Shown here: piece by piece, positions 44,627-55,475 of the stretch | Position numbering within the stretch: position 1 is the first letter of the stretch | Layout of the letters: each line of letters begins with the position of its first letter | From: an uncultured Clostridia bacterium | Lineage (GTDB): Bacteria; Bacillota; Clostridia; Christensenellales; UBA1242 | Reading direction: 5' to 3' | Assembly: GCA_944384405.1 (NCBI GenBank) | Contig: CALWTH010000015.1 | Location: 90-64,089, forward strand | DNA length: 64,000 bases | Program-made: the position numbers and the translations under genes | Notes under the pieces: model-generated | Databases searched by the model: none | What the model saw: the letters and a program-made list of their open reading frames with translations, nothing else | Told to the model about the DNA's origin: nothing

Positions 44627-45394
44627 TTGGACAATTATTTGCAATTAAAAGACATTTCACTTTCATACCACACAAAAGAAGGTGAGGTACTTGCGCTTAA
44701 AAATATTGATTTTAATGTTAAAAAAAATGAGTTTGTAAGCATTGTTGGCCCAAGTGGTTGTGGTAAGACGACAATATTATCTTTAATTTCAGGACTATTA
44801 AAGCCATCTTCGGGCGAAGTGCTTTTAGATGGTGAAAAGATAACAAAAGATACCAGCATTGGATATATGTTTCAAAGGGACAATTTATTCCCTTGGCGAA
44901 CAATATACAAAAATGTGACGATTGGACTTGAAATTAAACATCAGAAAAAAGACAAAGAGAGTTTAAGACATGTTGACGAATTGTTAAACAAGTATGGACT
45001 TCATGACTTCAAAAACAGTTATCCAAGTCAACTTTCAGGGGGTATGCGTCAGCGTGCGGCACTAATTCGTACTCTTTGTTTAAAGCCAAAAATTTTGCTT
45101 CTTGATGAGCCATTTTCGGCACTTGATTATCAAACAAAACTTAGTGTTTGTGACGATGTTCATTCAATAATAACAAAAGAAAATCAAACTGCAATTTTGG
45201 TTACGCATGACATTTCAGAAGCTATTTCAGTTTCTGATAGGATAATTGTGTTATCAAAAAGACCAGCCACGGTCAAATGTATACAAAAGATTGAAATTGA
45301 CAGAGCATTGACGCCATTAAAGCGTCGAGAAAGTCCTGAATTTTCAAAATATTTTGATTTAATTTACAGGGAGCTAACAAGTGAAAAACAATAA
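44627..45394 (+). CDS. ABC transporter ATP-binding protein (nitrate/sulfonate/taurine family)
   Basis: Walker A GPSGCGKTT, signature LSGGMRQR, Walker B LLLDEPFSALD. TTG start after GAGGAGG. Confidence 0.85.
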   Translation: MDNYLQLKDISLSYHTKEGEVLALKNIDFNVKKNEFVSIVGPSGCGKTTILSLISGLLKPSSGEVLLDGEKITKDTSIGYMFQRDNLFPWRTIYKNVTIGLEIKHQKKDKESLRHVDELLNKYGLHDFKNSYPSQLSGGMRQRAALIRTLCLKPKILLLDEPFSALDYQTKLSVCDDVHSIITKENQTAILVTHDISEAISVSDRIIVLSKRPATVKCIQKIEIDRALTPLKRRESPEFSKYFDLIYRELTSEKQ

Positions 45395-46193
45395 AATAAA
45401 TTATTCAAAAGAACACAAAAAATACCTAAAAAAAATAAAGGTAGATAAGTTTACAACACTGATTGCTCAAATACTGCTTCTTGGAGTGTTTGTTGGACTA
45501 TGGGAATTGTTGACCTATGTTGGCGTATTAGATGCCTTCTTCATAAGTTCACCATCAAGAATGATAAACGAACTTGCAGAACTATTTAAAGATGGCATGC
45601 TATTTTATCACATAGGAGTCACGCTATATGAAACTTTGATTGGCTTTTTAATTGCTACAGTTCTTGGAACTCTTATTGCGATAATTTTGTGGTGGAGCAG
45701 AAAACTAAGAAAAATTTTGGAGCCATACATTGTCATATTAAACGCATTGCCTAAAATTGCTCTAGGGCCTGTAATCATCATTTGGGTTGGAGCGGGTACT
45801 GGTGCGATTATAACAATGTGTATACTCATTTGTATTGTCATAACAACTCTATCAATGCTTTCAGCATTTTTGGAGTGCGATGAAGATAAGATTTCTCTCA
45901 TGCGTTCAATGGGTGCAAATAAATTTCAAATACTTGTTAAACTAGTCATTCCAAACGCACTTACGGAGTTTGTTTCAGTACTTAAAATAAATGTTGGAAT
46001 GAGTTGGGTAGGAACAATTATGGGAGAGTATCTTGTGAGTAAAGCAGGACTTGGATATTTGATTGTATACGGCGGTCAAGTGTTTCAACTCGACCTTGTC
46101 ATGGCAAGTACATTAATACTTTGTATCCTTGCCTGTGTAATGTACCTCTTTGTTGGACTTTTGGAGAAAAAAGTTAGGAAACATAAGGAATAG
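45381..46193 (+). CDS. ABC transporter permease (SsuC/TauC-like)
   Basis: Six TM helices with an EAA-like loop. GTG start overlaps the ATPase end. Confidence 0.75.
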   Translation: MKNNKINYSKEHKKYLKKIKVDKFTTLIAQILLLGVFVGLWELLTYVGVLDAFFISSPSRMINELAELFKDGMLFYHIGVTLYETLIGFLIATVLGTLIAIILWWSRKLRKILEPYIVILNALPKIALGPVIIIWVGAGTGAIITMCILICIVITTLSMLSAFLECDEDKISLMRSMGANKFQILVKLVIPNALTEFVSVLKINVGMSWVGTIMGEYLVSKAGLGYLIVYGGQVFQLDLVMASTLILCILACVMYLFVGLLEKKVRKHKE

Positions 46194-47144
46194 CACAAGA
46201 TAACCGCCCAATATTCCTATTATTGGATAGAAGTATTTGATTAAATAATCAAATTGAACGAAAGAGCAAATCACGCACACCACAACTGCACATATGCAAT
46301 TTAATATTTTTGACTTAAAATTAAAAAATGATTTTACTGTTATTGTTGTGCTTATTAGTGTGGTGATAATTGCAAACTCAATCAAAATAGAATAAATCAT
46401 ATAAAGCGCATCATGACTTTGGGCGAGCGACAGCATTGGTATGCTGTCGCTTATTGTTTGTTGGTTGCACAGTCCAGCAAGTATCATAACAGCCATTAAA
46501 AGACACAAGATAAATGATGTCCAAAAACTTATTTTTTTGCATTGATTTTTTGTTAAGTTATATGCCGATGAAGATATCACAAAATAGCACAAAAAAACAT
46601 TGCGGGTGACATATGTTATTGCATTATACGGCAAAAGTACAATGTGCGAAACTATTGCGTTATTTATTCCATCAAAACTTGAAAAACAAATGATTAAAAT
46701 AATCACAATTGTTATTGGAATTGTAATCATACAAATTAAATTCAAATATTTTAAATTTTTATTTATTAAAAAACAAAGTAAAATTGAAATAATAATAGTA
46801 AAAAAAATTTCAAATAACATTGAAGAAATTTCAAGTGATTGTTTAAGTCCGCTAATCATAGTTGATGATATTATTGAAAAAGAAATAAATGTAAATATTT
46901 TAATTAATTTATTATTTTTTTTAAATATTATTAAATTTAATTGTTCGGTATTTTCTATTTTATTTTTTGTACCTATATCTAAAAGTTTAAATATACAAAA
47001 ATAAAATCCAAAAAACACAATGGGAAGGCATAAAAATGAATAATAGCCAAATATAGTAAAAAAAGTGGTTATTTCTTTACCGCTCGCAAAACCAGCGCCG
47101 ATTATTGTCCCCAAAATCAGTAAAGTTATTTTTATACTTCTCAT
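46113..47144 (-). CDS. YkvI-family membrane protein
   Basis: N-terminal GTIIGAGFASGKEITTFF, typical of YkvI-like transporters. About 11 TM helices. Confidence 0.55.
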   Translation of the reverse strand: MRSIKITLLILGTIIGAGFASGKEITTFFTIFGYYSFLCLPIVFFGFYFCIFKLLDIGTKNKIENTEQLNLIIFKKNNKLIKIFTFISFSIISSTMISGLKQSLEISSMLFEIFFTIIISILLCFLINKNLKYLNLICMITIPITIVIILIICFSSFDGINNAIVSHIVLLPYNAITYVTRNVFLCYFVISSSAYNLTKNQCKKISFWTSFILCLLMAVMILAGLCNQQTISDSIPMLSLAQSHDALYMIYSILIEFAIITTLISTTITVKSFFNFKSKILNCICAVVVCVICSFVQFDYLIKYFYPIIGILGGYLVLFLMFPNFFLQKSNKEVHYTGKDTKY

Positions 47145-47210
47145 AACATATATTTATTTTTTATATACAAAAAATATAATAAAAAATTATTATTTATATA
47201 AAATAACAAT

Positions 47211-47816
47211 ATGAATTCAAAAGTTGTTAGTATATTTTTGCTTATTCTATTATTTGCATTTTGCGTATCAAGCGTGATACCATATCCTAATTTTGTCAGC
47301 GACAACTATTTACTTGCAAAAGATCAACAAAATATAAATGATAAATATGAAGATGAAAATAAAAATGTAATTGATACGGCGAGTGAAGTTGATGTTTTGT
47401 CATACGATTGGTTCGAATTTATGGACGAGCATTTTACAAAATATGTGACAGTTAGGGTGATAGACATATGGAGTGAAACTGAATATTTTGTTCAACGCTT
47501 TGGCGGTTACAATCACGCTGATGTTCAAACCATTGACCAAGAAAATACCAACATATTCAAAAATGTATATGGTGGTGAGTGGTCATGGACTAGAAGACCA
47601 GTTTGGGTAGAGATTGACGGACAGTTTTATGCAGGTTCAACAAATGGTATGCCTCATGGATTTTCAATTTTGGATAATGGTGAGGGCGGACACACTTGCA
47701 TTCATTTTTTAAATAGTAAAACTCATGGGACAAAAAGAGTAGATGAACAGCACCAAGAATGTGTTGCCTTTGCAAAAAAAAGCAAGGACCTTTTAAATCA
47801 GTACCTTGCTAAATAA
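47211..47816 (+). CDS. secreted hypothetical protein
   Basis: Signal-peptide-like N-terminus. No motif recognised and a weak RBS. Confidence 0.4.
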   Translation: MNSKVVSIFLLILLFAFCVSSVIPYPNFVSDNYLLAKDQQNINDKYEDENKNVIDTASEVDVLSYDWFEFMDEHFTKYVTVRVIDIWSETEYFVQRFGGYNHADVQTIDQENTNIFKNVYGGEWSWTRRPVWVEIDGQFYAGSTNGMPHGFSILDNGEGGHTCIHFLNSKTHGTKRVDEQHQECVAFAKKSKDLLNQYLAK

Positions 47817-49535
47817 TTATGTGATATCTCTTTGTTTAAATATTAAATGTGAAAGTGAATTAAACACAACAATCATGAGGCCAATAACTAGTGCACTTGT
47901 CAAAAAGTCGCTGTCAGGTAGTATATTCATACTAAATATTCCAAGTTTTGAATTGCCAAAGTATTTAAACAAGTCAAAGTGGCCAAATGGTGTGTACTTA
48001 AGCCATGCACTGCCAACAAGTCCGCTTAGCACAACTTGTGTTGCATATAAAATTGTTGTCAAAAATACAGAAAGTGTGTTGGACTTAAATAGTAGGCAAA
48101 TGAGCATAGCAAGCGAAATATAAAATAACAAGTTGATAACAATAGAAATAAGGTAAATAAACATAAGTAGTATAGGGTGAATTGATATCACTGAAGAAGA
48201 GTTAAACACCACCAGGCATTGTGACATAGGAACGCCATACATTATTGCACCAACAACAAATGATGCGACTGTTGAAATAATTATAAGCATAACTCCAAAC
48301 ATTAAACAAGAAAGATATTTTCCAGTGAACAACTTGTTTCTTGTGTAAGGTCTTATTGCAATCATTTTCATTGTTCCGCTTGATTGATCGCCGGCAATAC
48401 TGCTACATGCGTAAAATATTGTGAATATTATGATAAGCACACTAAGTATTTGCATTGAATACACAGTGTAGTCATAGGCGTTGCTTGTTGCACCAGAGGC
48501 TACATCATAGTTGAAAGATGTGAGATAGTTATATTGAAAATCATTATTTTCAAGGAGATAATCATAAATTGTGTCTTGTTCATTTAGAGCATATTTTGAA
48601 ACTTCTGTGTAGCCAATTAAATTGTCAAGTTCGGTGTCAGATTTATTGCCAATTCTAAGTAGCATAAACTTGTTATTTAACACTGTCATATTCATATCGG
48701 CATATGAATAATACTGTGCAATATATTCGTTTATTTGTGCAATGTCATCTTCGTTTGTACTCTCATAATGTTCATTCCAGAAAGTTTCAATTTGAGTTTC
48801 ATAAACATTAGCAAGAGTTTGCTTTGCATCTGTGTAGTATTTTTGAACAAGTTCATCATATGTATCGATGTCTATTGTTAGGCGTTCAAGATTGCTAACT
48901 ATTTGTCGGGAAGATTGCAAAGTGTAATTTTGTCTTATAGTGTTTGCTAATCCAATGTAATCATCGATTGTCTTATAAGCATCAAAATTTAGAGGTATTG
49001 AGTCATACAAATCTTCAATTTCGGCATAGACAGTGTTATAATTATTTACAGTAAAATAAAAGTTTAGTGTTTGGCCACGAAGTGCGGCAAGATAACTTAA
49101 CAAGTTTGAACACTTTTCTTTTAATTCTTTAAAAGCATTTTCAAAAGACGCCGTTCCACCAGTTGAAGCGGAAATTTGGTCTTCTTTTAGGTCATTTGTA
49201 ATATATGAATAAATAGCGAAAACTCTATCTCTAAGTTCGGTTAATTTGTCGTCCATTGTTATGCTATCGAACTGTTCATCAATATCGTCATGATTTTTTT
49301 TAAATTGGTTCTTTATCACTATTATATTGATTGAGTTTGAAGTATTATTAAATTCTTGGTAAACAGCGTTTACCGAGTTGCCAGAATAAGAAAGTTTGGT
49401 TGTGTTTTGAGTTGGAGAGTAGAGCATATTGGTTAGTATCAGTGTTATGATTAAAAGGGCAGTCAAAATAAATATTGACGGTCTATAAAATATCTTATTA
49501 AATTCTGCACTTGCAAGTCTAAAAACTTTTCTCAT
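47817..49535 (-). CDS. ABC-2-type permease with a large extracytoplasmic domain
   Basis: N-terminal TM, ~330-aa soluble domain, then five C-terminal TM helices. AGGAGA RBS. Follows the ATPase gene. Confidence 0.6.
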   Translation of the reverse strand: MRKVFRLASAEFNKIFYRPSIFILTALLIITLILTNMLYSPTQNTTKLSYSGNSVNAVYQEFNNTSNSINIIVIKNQFKKNHDDIDEQFDSITMDDKLTELRDRVFAIYSYITNDLKEDQISASTGGTASFENAFKELKEKCSNLLSYLAALRGQTLNFYFTVNNYNTVYAEIEDLYDSIPLNFDAYKTIDDYIGLANTIRQNYTLQSSRQIVSNLERLTIDIDTYDELVQKYYTDAKQTLANVYETQIETFWNEHYESTNEDDIAQINEYIAQYYSYADMNMTVLNNKFMLLRIGNKSDTELDNLIGYTEVSKYALNEQDTIYDYLLENNDFQYNYLTSFNYDVASGATSNAYDYTVYSMQILSVLIIIFTIFYACSSIAGDQSSGTMKMIAIRPYTRNKLFTGKYLSCLMFGVMLIIISTVASFVVGAIMYGVPMSQCLVVFNSSSVISIHPILLMFIYLISIVINLLFYISLAMLICLLFKSNTLSVFLTTILYATQVVLSGLVGSAWLKYTPFGHFDLFKYFGNSKLGIFSMNILPDSDFLTSALVIGLMIVVFNSLSHLIFKQRDIT

Positions 49536-49543
49536 AATTTCTC

Positions 49544-50509
49544 CTAACTTATTGAAGTGTTGTGACTTTGATTGATTATACTTAAAAAGACATCTTCAAG
49601 TGAATAGTCAACGTCGCCAGCACCATAAACAAGAACTTTTTTTTGCGTCAACATAACAATCATCTGAGGTAAAAGATTTTTGTCTTTTGCAGTGATGTAT
49701 ACATTGTTGCCTTGAATTTTACATTGTGCACCGAAGAATTGAGTGATTAGTTTTCCAGAGTAGTTAGGTGCGTTGCACTTGATGTATTGTGAACCCGCCT
49801 TAAGGCAACTATGCTTGATTTCTTCCATTGTTTTTACTTGAATGATTTTTCCTTTATCAATTATTGCAACGACATCGCAAAGATTTTCCATTTCTCCAAG
49901 AATGTGGCTTGAAATCAATATTGATATTCCTTCTTTATAGGCAAGTTGTTTTAGCATCATTCTAAATTCTCTTATTCCATTTGCGTCAAGTCCATTTGTT
50001 GGCTCGTCCAAAATTAGAAGCTTTGGTTTGCTAAGTAGTGCCTGTGCAACGCCAAGACGCTGTTTCATGCCAAGTGAATATTTACCAACTTTGTCTTTTA
50101 TTCTGTTTGAAAGTCCAACAAGTGTTGCAACTTCATTTATTCTTTGAGTTGATACATTGCCTGAAAGTTTAGCAAAAAACTTCAAGTTGTTGTATCCCGA
50201 AAGGTATGGATAAAAAACAGGTGTTTCAATCATTGCTCCAACATTTTTAATTGCTTGTTCAAAAGATGTTTTTACTGATTTGCCACAAATATAGGCATTA
50301 CCAGAAGTTATGTGAGCAAGTCCGGTTAGCATTTTTATTGTTGTGCTTTTGCCGGCGCCATTTGCACCCAAAAATCCCATTATCTGCCCAGGAAAAACGC
50401 TTAGTGATATGTTGTCAACAGCAACTCTATCACCATACTTTTTGGTGAGATTGACAATGTTTAGTATTGGTTTTACACTTTGTTGTTTTGTTTCCACTAT
50501 TTTCTCCAT
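49544..50509 (-). CDS. ABC transporter ATP-binding protein (ABC-2 type)
   Basis: Walker A GANGAGKST, signature SLGMKQR, Walker B LILDEPTNGLD. Confidence 0.85.
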   Translation of the reverse strand: MEKIVETKQQSVKPILNIVNLTKKYGDRVAVDNISLSVFPGQIMGFLGANGAGKSTTIKMLTGLAHITSGNAYICGKSVKTSFEQAIKNVGAMIETPVFYPYLSGYNNLKFFAKLSGNVSTQRINEVATLVGLSNRIKDKVGKYSLGMKQRLGVAQALLSKPKLLILDEPTNGLDANGIREFRMMLKQLAYKEGISILISSHILGEMENLCDVVAIIDKGKIIQVKTMEEIKHSCLKAGSQYIKCNAPNYSGKLITQFFGAQCKIQGNNVYITAKDKNLLPQMIVMLTQKKVLVYGAGDVDYSLEDVFLSIINQSHNTSIS

Positions 50510-51060
50510 TATTCTTCTTCAATATCAATTAGAGTTTCATAAACATTTTCATATATCAAGTGTGCTTTATCTCGCCAAATGTTTGTTGCACCAATTGCAC
50601 TTTGTCTTGATGGTGCTTTTATTTTGATTTCAAACATAGGTTCGTCAATGAGTGCAGAGCGAATTTTAAGACAAACTGTGTAGCTTCCGTCAGAATTTCT
50701 GTCAATTGTACTGACATATTCTTGTGAGCGTTTAAAAGCCATTCTGTTTTCTTTGACATATTCAGTTATTTGATCGCGAAGATCTTTGTCAATTCTTTCA
50801 TAAAAATGCGAAAGGCAATTTCTTCCTGTGTAGGTGATAGTGTAACGATCTTCTTCGCTGTTGCCATTTGTTTTATATATAAATCCCGCTTCGACCAAAC
50901 TAAATATAATTTCTTTGCACTCCATATAGTTGTCTATCCAGTTGTTTTTTCCGTAGCATATATCTATTATGGATTGTTCAGTCAAAGGTATTTCAATCTT
51001 TTCCAACACAAACAAAACTATAAGTTTATGTAATGTTGTCTCTTGTTCTCGGTTGTCCAT
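50509..51060 (-). CDS. DUF4364-like putative winged-helix regulator
   Basis: Pattern KLIVLFVLEKIEIPLTE...YTITYTGRNCL resembles DUF4364 proteins as I recall them. Start at MDNREQ after GGAGAA. TAATG coupling to the ABC ATPase gene. Confidence 0.4.
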   Translation of the reverse strand: MDNREQETTLHKLIVLFVLEKIEIPLTEQSIIDICYGKNNWIDNYMECKEIIFSLVEAGFIYKTNGNSEEDRYTITYTGRNCLSHFYERIDKDLRDQITEYVKENRMAFKRSQEYVSTIDRNSDGSYTVCLKIRSALIDEPMFEIKIKAPSRQSAIGATNIWRDKAHLIYENVYETLIDIEEE

Positions 51061-51183
51061 TTTTTCTCCGTTTTTTATATGATAACACATGGCAATATTT
51101 TCGTCAAATATATTAATTTATAATATTAAGTTGAATATTTTATATGGTTATGATAAAATACAAAAAAATACTAAGGAGAAAAA

Positions 51184-51978
51184 ATGTTAAGTGACAGTGC
51201 ATTAAAAAATGTTCACGCTTGCATCGCAAGTTGTGATGAATTAATAAATGGTAGATTTATTTTCGCAGAAAATTTAATTGCAAAAATTTTGCAAAATATA
51301 AGTGATTCAAAAGAAATTTATGAACTTATTGCAGAGTGTATGCAAAACTTCAATTTTGATAGGGAATTCAATAGAGCAAAAGTTAAATTGCCAACCAAAG
51401 ACGGATATTTTGTTATGCCAGAAAGTAAGGCGATTGTTCTTCCACTTGTTTTTTGTATTTTTGTGGACATAAGAGATAAAAAACTCAACTTTCACGAGTT
51501 TTTGAAAAATTATTTTACAAGCGAAGATATGAACGAATTTGAAAATTTTGCACAAACAGTGGTTGTTCCGTTTAAAGAAGCGATTAAATATTGTTTTGAC
51601 CTAGACAATCAAAATCACACATTAGTTGCACAAAAGCCTAATGAACAAAATAACAATGTTGAGCAAACTGAGGCTGATGAGCAAAAACCAAAACCAAAGC
51701 AATATACTGACACCCCACTTTCAAAGTTTATGGCAGATGCCGAAATTATTTTGAAGCAAATGAATGACGAACTGAATTCTTATAAAAAAGTCAAACAAGA
51801 CTTAAAAAACGATTTGCAATATTTGATACTATGTATGCAAGATTGCGTAAACAAGCTCGATATAAAAAATCTTAGTGCGTATGTTGTTGCTCTTTCTTAT
51901 ATGTCAGTCAAAGCTCACCCAATAAGATTTTTGGTTGCAGATTTAAAGCAAAAACTAGGTGAATATTATTCAAATTAG
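51184..51978 (+). CDS. hypothetical cytoplasmic protein
   Basis: 264 aa. AAGGAG RBS and an extended -10 promoter (TTGAAT 51131..51136, TGATAAAAT 51151..51159). No motif recognised. Confidence 0.45.
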   Translation: MLSDSALKNVHACIASCDELINGRFIFAENLIAKILQNISDSKEIYELIAECMQNFNFDREFNRAKVKLPTKDGYFVMPESKAIVLPLVFCIFVDIRDKKLNFHEFLKNYFTSEDMNEFENFAQTVVVPFKEAIKYCFDLDNQNHTLVAQKPNEQNNNVEQTEADEQKPKPKQYTDTPLSKFMADAEIILKQMNDELNSYKKVKQDLKNDLQYLILCMQDCVNKLDIKNLSAYVVALSYMSVKAHPIRFLVADLKQKLGEYYSN

Positions 51979-52920
51979 TGCAATGGCAAGTATGGCACAT
52001 ATGATGCAAGAAAATATCATATGTGTCATTTTTTGTTTAATGAAATATCCATACCCAGTTATGTCTTTTAAAAAAGCCATAGATTGCATCGCTGTTGAAA
52101 TTCCGCCAAAAGATATGATAGCACTGCACAAAACAGTCTTTGTATATAAAGACAGTGAAAGAGAAGATATGTCAATACACCCTTTTGTTATTTCTAGCAT
52201 ACCACTAAGCACTGCTGATGAAATACTTTTGTCAACACCAACATAGTTAAGTAGTGTTACGATAGGATAGAATACGTTCAAACTATTCAATATTTCAATG
52301 AGAATAAAAGCCACTGCGACAATTCCGCCAATAAGTAGCACAGAAAAAATACTATCCATAACGCAACTTGATAGCGTTGCATCACTTTTCATATCTTTTA
52401 TCTCATATGGCAAGTTTATATTTTGACTTTTTTTGCCCCTGTATAAAAGTCCGTTTAAAAGTGCCCCAAGTATGTGAGATGCATACAAAATGTACCCAGC
52501 CTGAGCCGATAAAAGCATACCCACACCAACGCTTCCAAGTATGAACATGGGACCTGAATTGGAAGTGAAAGCAATACACTTTTTTGCATCGTCTTTTGAA
52601 AGCATTTTGTTTTTGTATAGGTCAGATATGAGTTTGCTTCCAACTGGATATCCAGTTAAGATGCTCATGATAAAGGCATATGAAGAAATTGGTGGGGCGT
52701 TATATGTCTTGTACATTAGTTTGCCGAAATAATTTGAAATATTCTTTACGTATCCAAGCGATGTTAAAAGTTTTGTAAAAATAAAAAATGGCAATAATGA
52801 GGGGAGAAGCACAGTTGCCCAAACAGTAATTGCATCAAAGCAAACACCAATGTATTTTGTTGGTGATAAAATTATTGCTATCAATATGATAATTATGGCG
52901 ATAGATAAAAATTTTTTCAT
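51970..52920 (-). CDS. YlbJ-like nucleoside-recognition (Gate) domain membrane protein
   Basis: WATVLLPSLLPFFIFTKLL and LTGYPVGSKL...FTSNSGPMFILG match the YlbJ pattern as I recall it. Confidence 0.5.
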   Translation of the reverse strand: MKKFLSIAIIIILIAIILSPTKYIGVCFDAITVWATVLLPSLLPFFIFTKLLTSLGYVKNISNYFGKLMYKTYNAPPISSYAFIMSILTGYPVGSKLISDLYKNKMLSKDDAKKCIAFTSNSGPMFILGSVGVGMLLSAQAGYILYASHILGALLNGLLYRGKKSQNINLPYEIKDMKSDATLSSCVMDSIFSVLLIGGIVAVAFILIEILNSLNVFYPIVTLLNYVGVDKSISSAVLSGMLEITKGCIDISSLSLSLYTKTVLCSAIISFGGISTAMQSMAFLKDITGYGYFIKQKMTHMIFSCIICAILAIALI

Positions 52921-52991
52921 AAAAACTTTTTGACAAAGTAGTTGTCGTTATTGTACTATATGTGTAAAGTGTTTTACTTAGAAGAGGGCAT

Positions 52992-53969
52992 ATGAATTTT
53001 TTTAAATATCTAAGAAACAAAGCAAAGCAGTGTAAAAAAACACTAATATTTCCAGAAGCGGCTTTTTCTGATAGAATAAAACAAGCTGTTTTGTATCTTA
53101 AAAAACATAATATTTGTGATGTGATTTTGATTGGTGATGAAAGCTCACTAATTATGCAAAATAAAAAGTTTAAATCGTTCAAGATATTAAACCCAAAAAC
53201 ATTTGAAAAGACAGATGAATTATCACAAGCCTTGTATGAGGCAAGAAAAGATAAGGGTATGACGGCGGATGAGGCCAAAAAACTTATTTTGGATTCTTTT
53301 TACTTTGCAACAATGTTATTAAAGTTTGATTATGCTGATGGTATGGTTGCAGGTGCAGAAGTTCCGACGGCGACTACATTTAGACCTGCTTTACAACTTT
53401 TACGTGGTGATGACTTTGTCAGTTCATATATGCTTATGGTTGGCAAAAATAGTTTAACAGATAATCCATTTGCTTTAGCGGACTGTGGGCTCACCATTGA
53501 GCCAACAAGTGACCAGCTTTGTAAAATTGCACTTAGGACTGCCGAAGAGTTTAATAAACTTACAAATATTGTTCCAAAAGTTGCCTTTTTGTCTTATTCC
53601 ACTAATTCAAGTGCAAAAGGTGATAGCGTTGACAAAGTAAAAAGTGCATATCAGCAGTTTACAAAGCAAAGTGATATTTTGGCACAGGGTGAAGTGCAAC
53701 TTGATTGTGCACTTCTTGAAAATGTCGCAAAAACAAAACTTGGCGAAAACGCCAAGTACTATGGAAAAAATAATGTTTTGATATTTCCCGATTTGAATTC
53801 GGCAAATATATGCTATAAGGCAATTTCATATTTTGGAAACCTTAGCGCAATTGGTCCAATAGCGGTTGGCTTTTCAAAGCCAGTCAATGACTTGTCGAGG
53901 GGAGCAACTGTTATGGATATAGTTAATTTATCAGCAATCACAGTATTGCAATGTAAGGAGAAAAAATGA
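52992..53969 (+). CDS. pta: phosphate acetyltransferase
   Basis: 325 aa with ADGMVAGA and GFSKPVNDLSRG motifs. Followed by ackA. Confidence 0.85.
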   Translation: MNFFKYLRNKAKQCKKTLIFPEAAFSDRIKQAVLYLKKHNICDVILIGDESSLIMQNKKFKSFKILNPKTFEKTDELSQALYEARKDKGMTADEAKKLILDSFYFATMLLKFDYADGMVAGAEVPTATTFRPALQLLRGDDFVSSYMLMVGKNSLTDNPFALADCGLTIEPTSDQLCKIALRTAEEFNKLTNIVPKVAFLSYSTNSSAKGDSVDKVKSAYQQFTKQSDILAQGEVQLDCALLENVAKTKLGENAKYYGKNNVLIFPDLNSANICYKAISYFGNLSAIGPIAVGFSKPVNDLSRGATVMDIVNLSAITVLQCKEKK

Positions 53970-55162
53970 AGGTATTAGTTATCAATGCAGGAAGTAGTTC
54001 ACTCAAATATCAGCTTTTTGATATGGACGGAGAAAAAGTAATTGCAAAAGGCAATTGCGAAAAAATTGGATTAGCTGACTCATTTGTTGTGTATAAGGCA
54101 AATGGACAAGAAAGGGAATTTAAAGTCTATATGCCAACACACACCGAAGCAATTGGTGAGGTGTTTAAAGTTCTCACAAATAAAGAATATGGAGTTTTGA
54201 AGTCACTTGATGAAGTAAATGTATTTGGACATCGCGTTCTTCATGGTGGAGAAATTTATAAAGACAGTGCCGTCGTTGATAATGAAGTTTTGAAAAATCT
54301 TGAAGAACTTAAACCACTTGGTCCACTTCATATGCCAGCAAACATTGCTGGTATAAGGGCATGTATGAAACTTTGTCCAGATAAGCCAAATGTCGCAGTT
54401 TTTGACACTGCTTTTCATCAAACAATGCCAGATTATGCCTATCTTTATGGCCTACCATATGAAGCATATAAAGAGTGGAAGATAAGAAAATACGGTTTTC
54501 ATGGTACTTCACACAAGTATGTTTCTGGTGAACTTGCTAAGTGTATAGGCAAGCCTATTGAAGAACTTAAACTCATAACAATTCACCTTGGAAACGGTTC
54601 AAGCGTTTGCGCAGTCAAGAACGGCAAAAGTATTGATACTTCAATGGGATTTACGCCACTTGAAGGGCTCATAATGGGTACAAGATGCGGAGATTTGGAC
54701 GCATCAGTTCTTGAATACATCGCAAATAAGACTGGTTGGACACTTAAAGAGATAACAAACTATTTAAACAAAAAAAGTGGTGTTCTTGGTATAAATGGTG
54801 TTTCATCAGATATGCGTGACAACAATGCACAAATTGAAGAAGGCAACGAAAAGGCGAAATTAGTCATTGAGATGCTTTCATATAGAATAAAAAAATACAT
54901 TGGTTCGTATGCCGCTGCAATGGGTGGACTTGACGGAATTGCGTTTACTGGTGGTGTTGGAGAAAATCAAGAAGATGTTCGTGATTACAGCACATCTGAT
55001 CTTGAATTTTTGGGAATAAAACTTGACAAACACAAAAACTATAATTTGCCACGTGGTACTGTTGAAGAGTTATCTACTCCAGACAGCAAAGTGAAAATTT
55101 ATAGAATACCAACAAACGAAGAACTAGTTATTGCACGTGATTGCGTTAGACTTTGCAAATAA
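53966..55162 (+). CDS. ackA: acetate kinase
   Basis: Starts MKVLVINAGSSSLKYQLF; also FHGTSH motif. Confidence 0.95.
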   Translation: MKVLVINAGSSSLKYQLFDMDGEKVIAKGNCEKIGLADSFVVYKANGQEREFKVYMPTHTEAIGEVFKVLTNKEYGVLKSLDEVNVFGHRVLHGGEIYKDSAVVDNEVLKNLEELKPLGPLHMPANIAGIRACMKLCPDKPNVAVFDTAFHQTMPDYAYLYGLPYEAYKEWKIRKYGFHGTSHKYVSGELAKCIGKPIEELKLITIHLGNGSSVCAVKNGKSIDTSMGFTPLEGLIMGTRCGDLDASVLEYIANKTGWTLKEITNYLNKKSGVLGINGVSSDMRDNNAQIEEGNEKAKLVIEMLSYRIKKYIGSYAAAMGGLDGIAFTGGVGENQEDVRDYSTSDLEFLGIKLDKHKNYNLPRGTVEELSTPDSKVKIYRIPTNEELVIARDCVRLCK

Positions 55163-55173
55163 TAAAATTTTTG

Positions 55174-55202
55174 TTGACATGTTGCAAAATTGATATTATA
55201 AT
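55174..55202 (+). promoter_or_regulatory. consensus promoter of rpmF
   Basis: TTGACA (55174..55179), 17 nt, TATAAT (55197..55202). Confidence 0.6.
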
Positions 55203-55256
55203 AAAAAAGTTAAAAATAAACTGCCTTTATTGGCAAGTTGAATATAGGAGGAAAAA

Positions 55257-55454
55257 ATGGCAGTTCCAAAACGTAAAGTGTCAAAAGCAAGAAGAAACAC
55301 AAGAAATTCTGCAAACTTCAAGGCAAGTGTTCCAACACTTGTTGAGTGCCCAGAGTGTCACGCACAAAAACAGCCACACAAGGTTTGTCCACATTGCGGA
55401 TATTACAATGGTAAAAAAGTAGTTGAAACTGAGAAACAAGCCAAGGCAGAATAA
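55257..55454 (+). CDS. rpmF: 50S ribosomal protein L32
   Basis: Starts MAVPKRKVSKARRNTR. Zinc-ribbon cysteines CPEC...CPHC. Confidence 0.95.
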   Translation: MAVPKRKVSKARRNTRNSANFKASVPTLVECPECHAQKQPHKVCPHCGYYNGKKVVETEKQAKAE

Positions 55455-55475
55455 CTTAATTTTGAATTAAAAACA

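Noticed and set aside
52835-53278. ORF 52835..53278 (-), 147 aa, spanning the ylbJ-like/pta intergenic region
   Set aside because: It overlaps the starts of two well-supported divergent genes, and its sequence is low complexity.
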